From a virus: 64,000 nucleotides of DNA. This document shows positions 7,373-15,758 of this stretch, in pieces. The stretch lies in IMG/VR virus record IMGVR_UViG_3300017751_000011, positions 1 to 64,000 of that record; one strand, given 5' to 3'. The notes under the pieces are model-generated. The model did no database searches and had not been told where the DNA came from. It worked only from the letters and a program-made list of their open reading frames with translations. The position numbers were made by a program, and so were the translations under genes. Each line of letters opens with the position of its first letter. Position 1 is the first letter of the stretch.

Positions 7373-7929
7373 GTAACTACAAATTCAAGACCACGAACAT
7401 CCGTGGCAAGCAGTACGTCGAGGTAAACGAACGCATCAAGTTTTTTCGTCAAGAAGAGCAATACAAGAACTGGGGGTTGCATACTGAGTTTCCCATGCTC
7501 ACCACTGACGAGTGCCTGTGCCGAGCCACAATCACGGATCGAGACGGGAGCGTTGTTGCAGTGGGACATGCCCACGAGGTAAAGACAGCCTCAAACATTA
7601 ATAAGACGTCATACGTAGAGAACTGCGAAACGTCAGCTGTAGGGCGGGCTTTGGCTATGCTTGGTATCGGTATTGATGCTTCTATCGCTTCAGCGAATGA
7701 AGTCAAAGATGCGATTGCTAAACAAGACTCCGCCTCAGTAGAGATGAAGGAGGACAAGTTCAAGCACCCTGCCGCCGCAGAAGAGACCCCAGTGACCATC
7801 ATGGACAAGGCGGTAAACTACATCAAGGGACAGCAGGACAAGGCTAAGGCTTACGACAGCATCCTCTCCAAGTATGGGGACGACCTGAGCGACAAGCAGA
7901 AAGCTGGACTTAAAAAGTTTGTACGATGA
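7369..7929 (+). CDS. single-strand annealing protein, Rad52/Sak-like (putative)
   Basis: The motif ENCETSAVGRALAMLGIGI resembles the Rad52-family A.tDAlKRA...fGiG signature. Adjacent to an exonuclease gene. Confidence 0.5.
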   Translation: MSNYKFKTTNIRGKQYVEVNERIKFFRQEEQYKNWGLHTEFPMLTTDECLCRATITDRDGSVVAVGHAHEVKTASNINKTSYVENCETSAVGRALAMLGIGIDASIASANEVKDAIAKQDSASVEMKEDKFKHPAAAEETPVTIMDKAVNYIKGQQDKAKAYDSILSKYGDDLSDKQKAGLKKFVR

Positions 7930-8078
7930 ACAGCACACAGAAATTTCTACTGGCCTTTTCGTTGGCCTCAATGACCCTCTCACTGACCTTGTGGTTTACT
8001 GGGAGCGAGTTGCCCGCGCTTTACGTAGGCATCTGGTGTCCAACTGCATTGTCTTTACACCCATATTTTAATGATTGA
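7926..8078 (+). CDS. small membrane protein (50 aa, not in ORF track)
   Basis: Hand translation gives MNSTQKFLLAFSLASMTLSLTLWFTGSELPALYVGIWCPTALSLHPYFND, with two hydrophobic segments. ATGA overlap upstream. Confidence 0.4.
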   Translation: MNSTQKFLLAFSLASMTLSLTLWFTGSELPALYVGIWCPTALSLHPYFND

Positions 8079-8859
8079 CATCCCAACAGCACTGGAGGAG
8101 AGGTACGGCAAGGCACACTTGTCCTACTCCTCCCTCAAGGTTGCGCTTGACGACATGGCCAAGTTCGACCTTTACATGAAGCGGAAGATTAAGTTTGAGT
8201 CACCTGCACTCACCTTTGGTACGCTTTACGATATGCTCCTGTTCGAGCGGGAGAGAGCTATGGATGAGTATACCATATTGTCAGACGACAAAGTCCTAGA
8301 CCTGTGTTCAGATGCGACGAAGAAGATGAAGAAGCCTAAGCTTTCTTCTGACTTCAAGAACGTAAAAGCACAGTTTCTCGAAGAGGCTGAATCAAACGGC
8401 AAAACGATATGCTCACCTGAAGACTGGAAGATGGCTAACGAAATGATCGACAGGCTTGATGTCTGTGGGCTTACCAACCAGTACCTGTCAAGCGGTAACT
8501 ACCAAGTAGAATTCAATGAGATGATTGGACCAGTAAAGGTCAGAGGGTTTCTTGATTGCTTGGGTGACGGATACATCGTAGACTCCAAGTCTACAAAGTC
8601 CATCAGCAAGTTCAGGTACAGCGTCCGTGACTTCAGTTACGACATCCAAGCATACATATACACCACGGTCTTCGGTGTAAGCGAGTTCTATTGGCTTGCT
8701 CAGGAGAAGACGAACCCTTACCTGCCAGCAATCATCCAGTGCTCGGAAGAGACGCTATTCGCTGGCGAAATGAAGTTCAATGATGCAATTAAGAGGATTG
8801 AAAAATTTCTTAGAGAAGGAGATAGCCCCGTTCAGGACTACCTTCAGTTTAAAATATAA
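8071..8859 (+). CDS. PD-(D/E)XK exonuclease (RecB/Cas4-like recombination nuclease)
   Basis: FLDCLGDGYIVDSKSTK (D...D-x-K) followed by QAYIY (QxxxY), typical of the PDDEXK_1 fold. Paired with the annealase. Confidence 0.65.
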   Translation: MIDIPTALEERYGKAHLSYSSLKVALDDMAKFDLYMKRKIKFESPALTFGTLYDMLLFERERAMDEYTILSDDKVLDLCSDATKKMKKPKLSSDFKNVKAQFLEEAESNGKTICSPEDWKMANEMIDRLDVCGLTNQYLSSGNYQVEFNEMIGPVKVRGFLDCLGDGYIVDSKSTKSISKFRYSVRDFSYDIQAYIYTTVFGVSEFYWLAQEKTNPYLPAIIQCSEETLFAGEMKFNDAIKRIEKFLREGDSPVQDYLQFKI

Positions 8860-8863
8860 GTCA

Positions 8864-8950
8864 ATGCCGTACTTAATTTACGGACTAGGAATGTTGTCGG
8901 CCTATGCCGTAGGCATTACCTTAGCAATTACAATAGCAAACAAATTATAA
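8864..8950 (+). CDS. possible micro-ORF, single-pass membrane peptide (28 aa)
   Basis: Hand translation gives MPYLIYGLGMLSAYAVGITLAITIANKL. It fills an otherwise empty 110-nt gap. Confidence 0.25.
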   Translation: MPYLIYGLGMLSAYAVGITLAITIANKL

Positions 8951-8969
8951 CCCCAAATTTAATAAACAA

Positions 8970-9275
8970 ATGAGCGATACTAAGTATGACTCCGTTCTCG
9001 TCGGCTGGGCCGATGACCCCAAGTACAATGACAATAACGAGCTGATGAGCTGGAACGTTCGATTGAAGGACCACGAGCTTAAGGATATGCTCGACCAGTA
9101 CATGACCCGCAAGGACGACGAAGGTCGAGGTGGCAACGTGTACATCACACTCTTCATGAGTAAAAACGGCAAGGCTTGCGCCCGCGTCTTCAATCCTAAC
9201 AGCGAAGCCGCTAAGGAGAAGCGTCAGGCTAAGGCCGCTGAGTCTCAGGTTGCCAAGGATGACCTTCCTTTCTAA
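8970..9275 (+). CDS. small protein with SSB-type C-terminal tip (putative ssDNA-binding protein)
   Basis: Ends in AKDDLPF, matching the conserved bacterial and phage SSB acidic tip D-D-(D/L)-(I/L)-P-F. Located within the recombination and replication module. Confidence 0.5.
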   Translation: MSDTKYDSVLVGWADDPKYNDNNELMSWNVRLKDHELKDMLDQYMTRKDDEGRGGNVYITLFMSKNGKACARVFNPNSEAAKEKRQAKAAESQVAKDDLPF

Positions 9276-9302
9276 AGGGTTCGGGCTATACGCCGCAATG
9301 GA

Positions 9303-9339
9303 TTGGGGGTTGAGGGACATTAGGTTTCTCAGCCCCCAA
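9303..9339 (+). terminator. stable hairpin after the SSB-like gene (attenuator or terminator candidate)
   Basis: A 12-bp stem, TTGGGGGTTGAG/CTCAGCCCCCAA, with one G-U and a 13-nt loop. No clean U tract follows. Confidence 0.3.
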
Positions 9340-9369
9340 ACTTTCTCAGGTAAAAAAGACGGGAAGACA

Positions 9370-9612
9370 ATGAGCTTCTTCGTTCACTTGGAAGAGTATG
9401 ATGAGGACTTTACAATATCCATACCTCACTTCGATACCGAGTTCCTGATAGCATTTATACCAAACAAAGAGGGAGACAACTGCGTCATCCTCACCCATAA
9501 GGATGCATCCGAAAAGATTGGGTGTAGAGTAGAGATGACATGGATATCTCAAAACCTAAAACGAAAGTGGAATGCAAACCTCAAAGCCGCCGATATACTC
9601 GCTAACACTTGA
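9370..9612 (+). CDS. hypothetical protein (80 aa)
   Basis: Internal ATG of track ORF 9250-9612, downstream of the hairpin. Confidence 0.5.
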   Translation: MSFFVHLEEYDEDFTISIPHFDTEFLIAFIPNKEGDNCVILTHKDASEKIGCRVEMTWISQNLKRKWNANLKAADILANT

Positions 9613-9829
9613 CATCGCCTTTAAGAAGGGCAAGAGAGTGTACAACAGAGAAGCCTGGGCTGTATCTAGGCACAACACGCCATCCGAGCTGATGTCCAAG
9701 AGTCCTCATACAATGGACAGACTAAAGCAAGAGTGTTATGGCAAAACATACAAGGGTGACCGCAGGGTCATTATAAAGAAAGTTCGGTCTGAAAAGATCG
9801 TGGGATACGTAAACAACAATGCGATATGA
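9572..9829 (+). CDS. hypothetical basic protein (85 aa; start uncertain)
   Basis: ATG ORF overlapping the upstream gene by 41 nt. ATGA-coupled to the next gene. Confidence 0.45.
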   Translation: MQTSKPPIYSLTLDIAFKKGKRVYNREAWAVSRHNTPSELMSKSPHTMDRLKQECYGKTYKGDRRVIIKKVRSEKIVGYVNNNAI

Positions 9830-10116
9830 AACCTAAGCACTATGACATGAAATTCCAGCCAGTGGAATTTATTGTAATCAATGACATTCCTTTCTTGGAG
9901 GGTAACGTAATTAAGTACGTGTGTAGACACAAAATGAAGGGTGGGAAGCAGGACATCCTAAAAGCAATCGAGTACCTGCAATTCATAATTAAAGACCAAT
10001 ACACCGATGAAAGTGACATTCTTCAAGAATCTCTACGACAAGGACGCCCCTCACCACGTAACCCTTCAGACCTCTCTGGAGAGAATCAAGGATGGCCAGT
10101 CGAAAACCACGATTGA
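9826..10116 (+). CDS. DUF3310-like phage protein
   Basis: PKHYDMKFQPVEFIVINDIPFLEGNVIKYVCRHKMKGGKQDILKAIEYL matches my recollection of the DUF3310 pattern (hY..iepi..i......gn.iKY..R...K....DL.KA..Y). The 3' 110 nt overlap the primase-helicase gene. Confidence 0.55.
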   Translation: MKPKHYDMKFQPVEFIVINDIPFLEGNVIKYVCRHKMKGGKQDILKAIEYLQFIIKDQYTDESDILQESLRQGRPSPRNPSDLSGENQGWPVENHD

Positions 10117-11812
10117 AGCTGTCCGCAATGGCGACAAAGACGCGAAGAAGAAGCTCCCGATTGTATGCTTTAGCGGGGAGTTCTCAGACCGCAGTGACGA
10201 GGGCTTGTTTGAACATAGCGGGCTCATTGTACTGGACTTCGATCACATTGACGTTGAGAAATCGAAGGGCATCTTGGCTACTGACGCTCACGTCTATTCC
10301 TGTTGGGTTTCTCCATCGGGTGACGGGCTCAAGGCGCTGGTAAGGGTAACCAATCCCGAACGCCACCGCGACCACTTCCGAGCACTTAAGACTTACTTTC
10401 ACAAGCAGTACGACCTTGAGGTAGACGAGTCTGGAGTCAACGAGTCTCGCGCATGCTTTGAGTCATACGACCCTGACCTAATCATAAACCCTGGAGCTAC
10501 CAAGTTCGGGGCCTTCGCCTCTGAGCGCAGTGAACAGGTTCAGGAAGCTAAGCGCGGGGAATTTACAGACTACATGAAGCTGAACCTTGCGTGTCGCATG
10601 ATTCGCCAGTGTGATGATGGGGAGAAGCACAAGACTCTCCTGAGTGCCGCACGATTGGTAGGTGGATTTGTTGGGGCTGGCAGAATTGAAGAGGAGGAAG
10701 CCGTAAGGGTATTGTTCAGGGAGATTGAGAAGCGAGACATAGACAGCGAGGCTCACGCCATCAAAACCATCCGAGAAGGATTGGAGAGGGGTAAACAAGA
10801 CCCCATTGTAGATGTCATTGGGGCAGAGCAGGACGCACAGAGGGAGCTTCTAATCAATGATGGAGACATGTCCTTCATCTCTTCTGACGACGAAGACTTC
10901 AGGTGGATTGATGACTACGCAAACGGGCGCATTGAAGTTGGCCTCGATACTGGTGACCCCAACCTAGACAAGTTCTTTAGGTACAAGAAGGAGTTCACTA
11001 TCATAAACGGACACAGCAACGTAGGCAAAACCACTATGATGTTGTACCTCATGGTCAACTCAGCCCGCCGACACAAGTGGAAGTGGGTGGTATACTCCTC
11101 AGAGAACCGCACGGCATCCCTTAAGATGACACTCATGCAGTTTGCGACGAACAGGAAGATCGGAGACATGACCTTCGAGCAGCGGAAGCTGTCCTACCAA
11201 TGGGTGAACGACCACTTTACAGTGATTTCTAACAAGGAGGTCTATAGCTACACGGACATCATCGTCTTCCTCCAGAAGATTTACAAGCAACAGAAGTACG
11301 ATGCGGTACTGGTTGACCCATACAACAGCCTTAAGCTGGAGTTGTCGGGACAAGGCAATAGCCATGACTACCATTACCAAGCGGCCTCAGAGTTTCTTAC
11401 ATTCTCAAATGCCAATGACGTGGCTGTGTGGCTTAACATGCATGCCGTGACCGAGGCGCAAAGACGTAAGGGTGACGATGGGCTTCCTGTTGCTCCGTAT
11501 GCGGAGGACACTGAAGGCGGAGGTAAGTTCGTCAACAGAGCAGACTGCTTCGTTACCATACACAGGAAGGTCCAGGCCCCTGACAACAATATCAAAAAGA
11601 CCACTGAGTTTCACGTTCGGAAGGTCCGTGACGTAGAGACAGGAGGACAGCCTACATCGTTAGATGACCCAATAACATTTACTATGGATGCATCAATGAC
11701 AGCATTTAGGGCAACTGCGACAGGGGAGAAGCTCTTCCAACCTATTGGTAGTGAGTTCAATAATTACAAATCTTTTAAGTTGTCCCCAAATAACGGGTTC
11801 GTGTCTACATAG
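10007..11812 (+). CDS. primase-helicase (VirE_N/BT4734-like N-terminal domain plus SF4 DnaB-like ATPase)
   Basis: N-terminus LPIVCFSGEFSDRSDEGLFEHSGLIVLDFDHID...SPSGDGLKALV resembles the VirE N-terminal domain. Walker A is GHSNVGKT and Walker B is AVLVDPYNS. Confidence 0.75.
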   Translation: MKVTFFKNLYDKDAPHHVTLQTSLERIKDGQSKTTIEAVRNGDKDAKKKLPIVCFSGEFSDRSDEGLFEHSGLIVLDFDHIDVEKSKGILATDAHVYSCWVSPSGDGLKALVRVTNPERHRDHFRALKTYFHKQYDLEVDESGVNESRACFESYDPDLIINPGATKFGAFASERSEQVQEAKRGEFTDYMKLNLACRMIRQCDDGEKHKTLLSAARLVGGFVGAGRIEEEEAVRVLFREIEKRDIDSEAHAIKTIREGLERGKQDPIVDVIGAEQDAQRELLINDGDMSFISSDDEDFRWIDDYANGRIEVGLDTGDPNLDKFFRYKKEFTIINGHSNVGKTTMMLYLMVNSARRHKWKWVVYSSENRTASLKMTLMQFATNRKIGDMTFEQRKLSYQWVNDHFTVISNKEVYSYTDIIVFLQKIYKQQKYDAVLVDPYNSLKLELSGQGNSHDYHYQAASEFLTFSNANDVAVWLNMHAVTEAQRRKGDDGLPVAPYAEDTEGGGKFVNRADCFVTIHRKVQAPDNNIKKTTEFHVRKVRDVETGGQPTSLDDPITFTMDASMTAFRATATGEKLFQPIGSEFNNYKSFKLSPNNGFVST

Positions 11813-11828
11813 GCTGTACCTTGCCCAT

Positions 11829-12356
11829 GTGAAACGAAAGAGAGGACAGACTTCCAAAAGGAAGACCGCTAAGAAAAGAGAGTTGGGAAGATACAAGAGC
11901 GGGTTAGAAAAAACCTGCGCAGATCTTTTGTCTGAATACGGGCTAAGTTTCTGCTACGAGGAGCACGAATACCTCTTGATGGACAAATTCCGATACGAAG
12001 GTGTATACTGGAAGATGACCTCAAAGAAGAAGGAGATGACCGATCGTAGCGGAAGCATTGCCCTCCCAATTCGATACAAGCCCGACTTTGTTGCCAAAGA
12101 CGAGAGCTGGATAATAGAGACGAAGGGGTTCCTTCACTCACACCATGACTTCCCGATGCGTTGGAAGTTGTTTATGAAATACTTAACCGAGCTTGGAAAA
12201 CCACTCCCTATGCTGTTTATTTGTAAGAATCGACAGCAAGTTGAACATGCAATAAGTATTATCAAGAACGATGAACCCAATATTAAAAGAAGAAGTAGCG
12301 AGAAGCTACGGCGTGGCATGCGAGAGGATGCACAGGCTGATGGCGAGATTCTATGA
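11829..12356 (+). CDS. T7 endonuclease I-like Holliday junction resolvase
   Basis: SGLEKTCADLLSEYGLSFCYEE...YKPDF...WIIETKGF aligns by eye with T7 gp3 (SGLEDKVSKQLESKGIKFEYEE...YTPDF...FVETKG). I propose a GTG start 17 nt after the upstream stop; there is no in-frame ATG nearby. Confidence 0.7.
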   Translation: MKRKRGQTSKRKTAKKRELGRYKSGLEKTCADLLSEYGLSFCYEEHEYLLMDKFRYEGVYWKMTSKKKEMTDRSGSIALPIRYKPDFVAKDESWIIETKGFLHSHHDFPMRWKLFMKYLTELGKPLPMLFICKNRQQVEHAISIIKNDEPNIKRRSSEKLRRGMREDAQADGEIL

Positions 12357-12543
12357 AGACCTATTTACTAGGGACGGAAATCCACACAGGAATCCAGCCC
12401 ATGTGATTGAGCTCACTCAGAAGCTCCGCCAACAACTCAACTACGAACTCGACCTCGTCCGCGAGGCCTCTAAACAATACTTCGAATCTAATGATCAGCA
12501 AAAGCCGCAAGGCTTATTCGGGATCGACGGGGAGGGTAGCTGA
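12271..12543 (+). CDS. hypothetical protein (up to 90 aa; start uncertain, alternatives 12328 and 12340)
   Basis: ORF bridging the two nuclease genes and overlapping both. Confidence 0.4.
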   Translation: MNPILKEEVARSYGVACERMHRLMARFYEDLFTRDGNPHRNPAHVIELTQKLRQQLNYELDLVREASKQYFESNDQQKPQGLFGIDGEGS

Positions 12544-12988
12544 GGTCAGGTTTGTGAGAGCGGCAGAGGAGAAGGGGCTTCAGGTGACCAAGTCATCTCG
12601 ATCGGAAGACATATATAAGCACGTAGACTACTGGCTTGCCATGGACGATAAAGGCAAGTGGGGAGTAGACGTCAAAGGAAACAACCTACCAGACGAAATT
12701 TGGGTAGAGTTGCAAAACGTTGGGGGAAATCCTGGCTGGCTGAAAGGTGACTCATCAATCATTGCGTTCGATATGCCAGAAGAAGGGGGTTTCTCAGTGG
12801 TTAATCGCGTAGACCTACTGGAATACGTGAACCAAAATGTAAATACCGAGGTTGTAAGAAACAAGCGAGACGCGTATAAGAGATTGTACCAGCGCAAGGA
12901 TCGACAAGACCTAATCACAATACTTCACTTAAGGGATATAAGGGGGTTAGAATCGTACAGGGTATGGAAATACTTTGAGGATTACTGA
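12491..12988 (+). CDS. PD-(D/E)XK nuclease-like protein (Hjc/restriction-endonuclease-like fold, putative)
   Basis: G..AEVRF...AEEKGLQV...HVDYWL...WGVDVKG follows the E...D...(D/E)xK order seen in archaeal Hjc-type nucleases. Start set at the internal ATG at 12491. Confidence 0.4.
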   Translation: MISKSRKAYSGSTGRVAEVRFVRAAEEKGLQVTKSSRSEDIYKHVDYWLAMDDKGKWGVDVKGNNLPDEIWVELQNVGGNPGWLKGDSSIIAFDMPEEGGFSVVNRVDLLEYVNQNVNTEVVRNKRDAYKRLYQRKDRQDLITILHLRDIRGLESYRVWKYFEDY

Positions 12989-13026
12989 CTAACTTGTAGG
13001 CCTTTCCTCTAAAAAAATATCTATAC

Positions 13027-14010
13027 ATGAAGACCTCGATCTTTGAGAAAAGGCTGAGCTATAAGCCCTTTGACTATTCTGAAATAACTGACCCGCTAAT
13101 CAATGCGATGTGGGCAAGCCACTGGACTCACAATGAGTTCAATTTCAAATCTGACGTCCAAGACTACCACACAAGTCTGTCTGAAGAAGAGAGGGGTGTG
13201 ATCAAAAGGGCTATACTGCTCATCTCTCAGGTTGAGGTGTCAGTCAAGTCTTACTGGTCTAACATCGGTAAGCACTTGCCTAAGCCAGAGATTGCGGATA
13301 TGGGGGCTGTATTTGGAGGGGTCGAGGTGATTCACTCTAGAGCATACTCAGAGGTACTGACCAAACTTGGACTGGAGGACGAGTTCACTACTCTGCTCGA
13401 CAACGAGCCTGTGATGAACAGGGTTAATTACCTAAACAAGTATGTCGATAGAGTGTACGAAGACGACCGAAAGCAGTTTCTGTATAGTCTGATTCTGTTT
13501 ACTCTCTTCACCGAGAACGTGTCCTTGTTTAGCCAATTCTACACAGTGCTGGGATTTAACAGGTTTAAGGCTGTCCTCAAGGATACCGCAAACGTTGTTC
13601 AGTACACGAGCAAGGAGGAGAACCTTCACGCAGAGGGGGGCATGGCTTTGGTCAACCAAATTAAGGCCGAGCACCCAGAGCTGTTTGACGAAGAGTTGAT
13701 GTCCCGAATAAAGGAAGAGGCAGGAGTAGCACTAGAGGCAGAGACCCGTCTCATAAAGTGGATCCTTCAAGGCTTTGAGAATGAGTTCCTTAGTGAAGAT
13801 ATATTAAACAACTACTTGAAGAGCAGGGTTAACGAGAGTCTTTCCCGTATAGGTTTTGACTTCTCATTTCCTGTAGACGAGTCTTTGGTTAGTGTAACCC
13901 AGTGGATGGACGAGGAAGTGTACGCCTCAGCTTTGTCTGACTTCTTTCACAAGAAGCCTATCGACTACGCAAAGAGTACTAAGAGTTTCACCGCAGAAGA
14001 TTTATTTTAA
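13027..14010 (+). CDS. nrdB: ribonucleotide reductase class I beta subunit
   Basis: Di-iron and radical motifs VEVIHSRAY (E..H...Y) and EENLHAEG (E..H). Length 327 aa, immediately upstream of the alpha subunit. Confidence 0.9.
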   Translation: MKTSIFEKRLSYKPFDYSEITDPLINAMWASHWTHNEFNFKSDVQDYHTSLSEEERGVIKRAILLISQVEVSVKSYWSNIGKHLPKPEIADMGAVFGGVEVIHSRAYSEVLTKLGLEDEFTTLLDNEPVMNRVNYLNKYVDRVYEDDRKQFLYSLILFTLFTENVSLFSQFYTVLGFNRFKAVLKDTANVVQYTSKEENLHAEGGMALVNQIKAEHPELFDEELMSRIKEEAGVALEAETRLIKWILQGFENEFLSEDILNNYLKSRVNESLSRIGFDFSFPVDESLVSVTQWMDEEVYASALSDFFHKKPIDYAKSTKSFTAEDLF

Positions 14011-15677
14011 TGAAAGATTTTTATTGGGTCACAGAAGAGACCCGTCAGTTCATGGAGAAGGGATACCTAGATCCAGGACAGACAGTAGAGGAGAGGGCCA
14101 GAGAGATTGCCGATCACGCCCAATCTATTTTAGACGAATACAAGGGATACAACATGCATCCCAACTTCGCAGACGAGTTTTACGAGTGCATGTCCAAGGG
14201 TTGGTTCAGCCTCAGCACCCCAGTATGGGTGAACTTCGGCAAGACCAAAGGCCTCCCTATCTCTTGCTTCGGAACTCAGCTTCAGGATGACACATTCGAC
14301 ATCTTGAGAGGAGCCGCAGAGATTGGAGCCATGAGCAAAGTTGGAGGAGGTACGGCCACTTACTTCGGAAACCTGCGTCCTCGTGGAGCTAAGATTTCTA
14401 CAGGTGGAGAGACTAACGGCTCTGTATCTATGATGGAGCTGTTTAACACAACTACAAACGTTGTGTCTCAGGGCAAGGTTAGGCGTGGTAGTTGGGCGGC
14501 ATACTTGGACGTAGAGCACGACGACATAGAGGAGTTCCTTCAAATCCGTAGTGAGGGTCACCCTATTCAAGATGTTTCTTTCGCTGTGTGCATTAGCGAC
14601 AAGTGGATGCATGAGATGATCAAAGGAGACGCGAAAAAGCGCTCCATCATGGCCAAGATTCACAAGAAGCGTAGCGAAACGGGATACCCCTACATCTTCT
14701 TTACAGACAACGTAAACCATCAGAAGCCTGTCTGGTACAAGGACAAGGGCATGGAGATTAAGCACTCCCAGCTGTGTGCAGAGATCATGGAGTATACCGA
14801 CGACAAGAACAGCTTCGTGTGTTGTCTGTCTTCAATGAATGCATTGCATTACGACGAATGGAAGGACTCTAATGCTGTCTCCCTTTTGACTGCCCTGCTG
14901 GACACAGTTTACACCGAGTTCATCGACAAGGCCAAAGACCTCCCGTTTATGGAAAAGGCTGTTCACTTTTCTCGTAACCACAGGAGCATTGGCATTGGGG
15001 TGTTGGGGTATCACTCCTACCTCCAGAGCAAGGGCATTCCTTTTGAGAGTATTCAGGCCAGGTCTTTGAACAGGAATATATTTAAGGAGATAGAGGAACA
15101 GAGTGATGTAGCCAGCCGTAATCTGGCAACCATGTACGGATCCCCTAGCGTTTTAGAGGGGTACAACCGAAGGTTTAGCACACGCATGGCTGTAGCTCCA
15201 ACCACCTCATCCTCTTTCATTCTTGGGCAGGTGTCACCATCCATAGAGCCGTTGCAGTCAAACTACTTTACTAAGGACTTGGCTAAGGGTAAGTTTACTT
15301 ACAAGAATCCTTACCTAGCAGACCTACTTAAGGAGAAGGGTGAGGACGATGCAAAGACTTGGAAGAGCATCATGATGAAGGGAGGGTCTGTCCAGCACTT
15401 AGACTTCCTGAGTCAGGACGAGAGAGATGTGTTCAAGACCTTCGCTGAAATATCTCAAATGGAGGTAGTACAACAAGCGGCTGACCGACAGAAGCACATC
15501 GATCAAGGGCAGTCACTTAACGTCATGATCAGTAACGAAGTCCCGCTCAAGGACGTTAATCAGCTGGTTATCAAGGCCTGGGAGTTAGGTATCAAAACCT
15601 TGTACTACCAGAGGGGTGTCAACCAAGCGCAAGCTGTAGGAAGAGACATTCTTAATTGCGCAGTTTGTGAAGGTTAA
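14010..15677 (+). CDS. nrdA: ribonucleotide reductase class I alpha subunit (short form, no ATP-cone evident)
   Basis: NLRPRGAKISTGGETNGSVSMMELFN active-site region and C-terminal CAVCEG cysteine pair. TAATG-coupled to nrdB. Confidence 0.85.
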   Translation: MKDFYWVTEETRQFMEKGYLDPGQTVEERAREIADHAQSILDEYKGYNMHPNFADEFYECMSKGWFSLSTPVWVNFGKTKGLPISCFGTQLQDDTFDILRGAAEIGAMSKVGGGTATYFGNLRPRGAKISTGGETNGSVSMMELFNTTTNVVSQGKVRRGSWAAYLDVEHDDIEEFLQIRSEGHPIQDVSFAVCISDKWMHEMIKGDAKKRSIMAKIHKKRSETGYPYIFFTDNVNHQKPVWYKDKGMEIKHSQLCAEIMEYTDDKNSFVCCLSSMNALHYDEWKDSNAVSLLTALLDTVYTEFIDKAKDLPFMEKAVHFSRNHRSIGIGVLGYHSYLQSKGIPFESIQARSLNRNIFKEIEEQSDVASRNLATMYGSPSVLEGYNRRFSTRMAVAPTTSSSFILGQVSPSIEPLQSNYFTKDLAKGKFTYKNPYLADLLKEKGEDDAKTWKSIMMKGGSVQHLDFLSQDERDVFKTFAEISQMEVVQQAADRQKHIDQGQSLNVMISNEVPLKDVNQLVIKAWELGIKTLYYQRGVNQAQAVGRDILNCAVCEG

Positions 15678-15727
15678 GTATATTTGCATTGTTACGCCGA
15701 CCTAGTGCAGTGTAATTTCGCTACCGA

Positions 15728-15758
15728 GGGGGGGAGTCTTATAGGCTTCCCCCCTTTT
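15728..15758 (+). terminator. rho-independent terminator at the convergence point of the two arms
   Basis: An 11-bp G/C-rich stem, GGGGGGGAGTC/GGCTTCCCCCC, with loop TTATA followed by TTTT. The stop codon of the leftward holin-like gene abuts it. Confidence 0.75.

Noticed and set aside
11745-11828. ATG start at 11745 for the endonuclease I-like gene
   Set aside because: It would overlap the helicase gene by 68 nt and add a hydrophobic, non-homologous N-terminus. A GTG at 11829 just after the helicase stop gives an N-terminus matching the basic start of T7 endonuclease I-like proteins.
14130-14765. 211-aa minus-strand ORF
   Set aside because: It is fully antisense to the well-supported nrdA gene. 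I read it as an antisense open frame of no significance.
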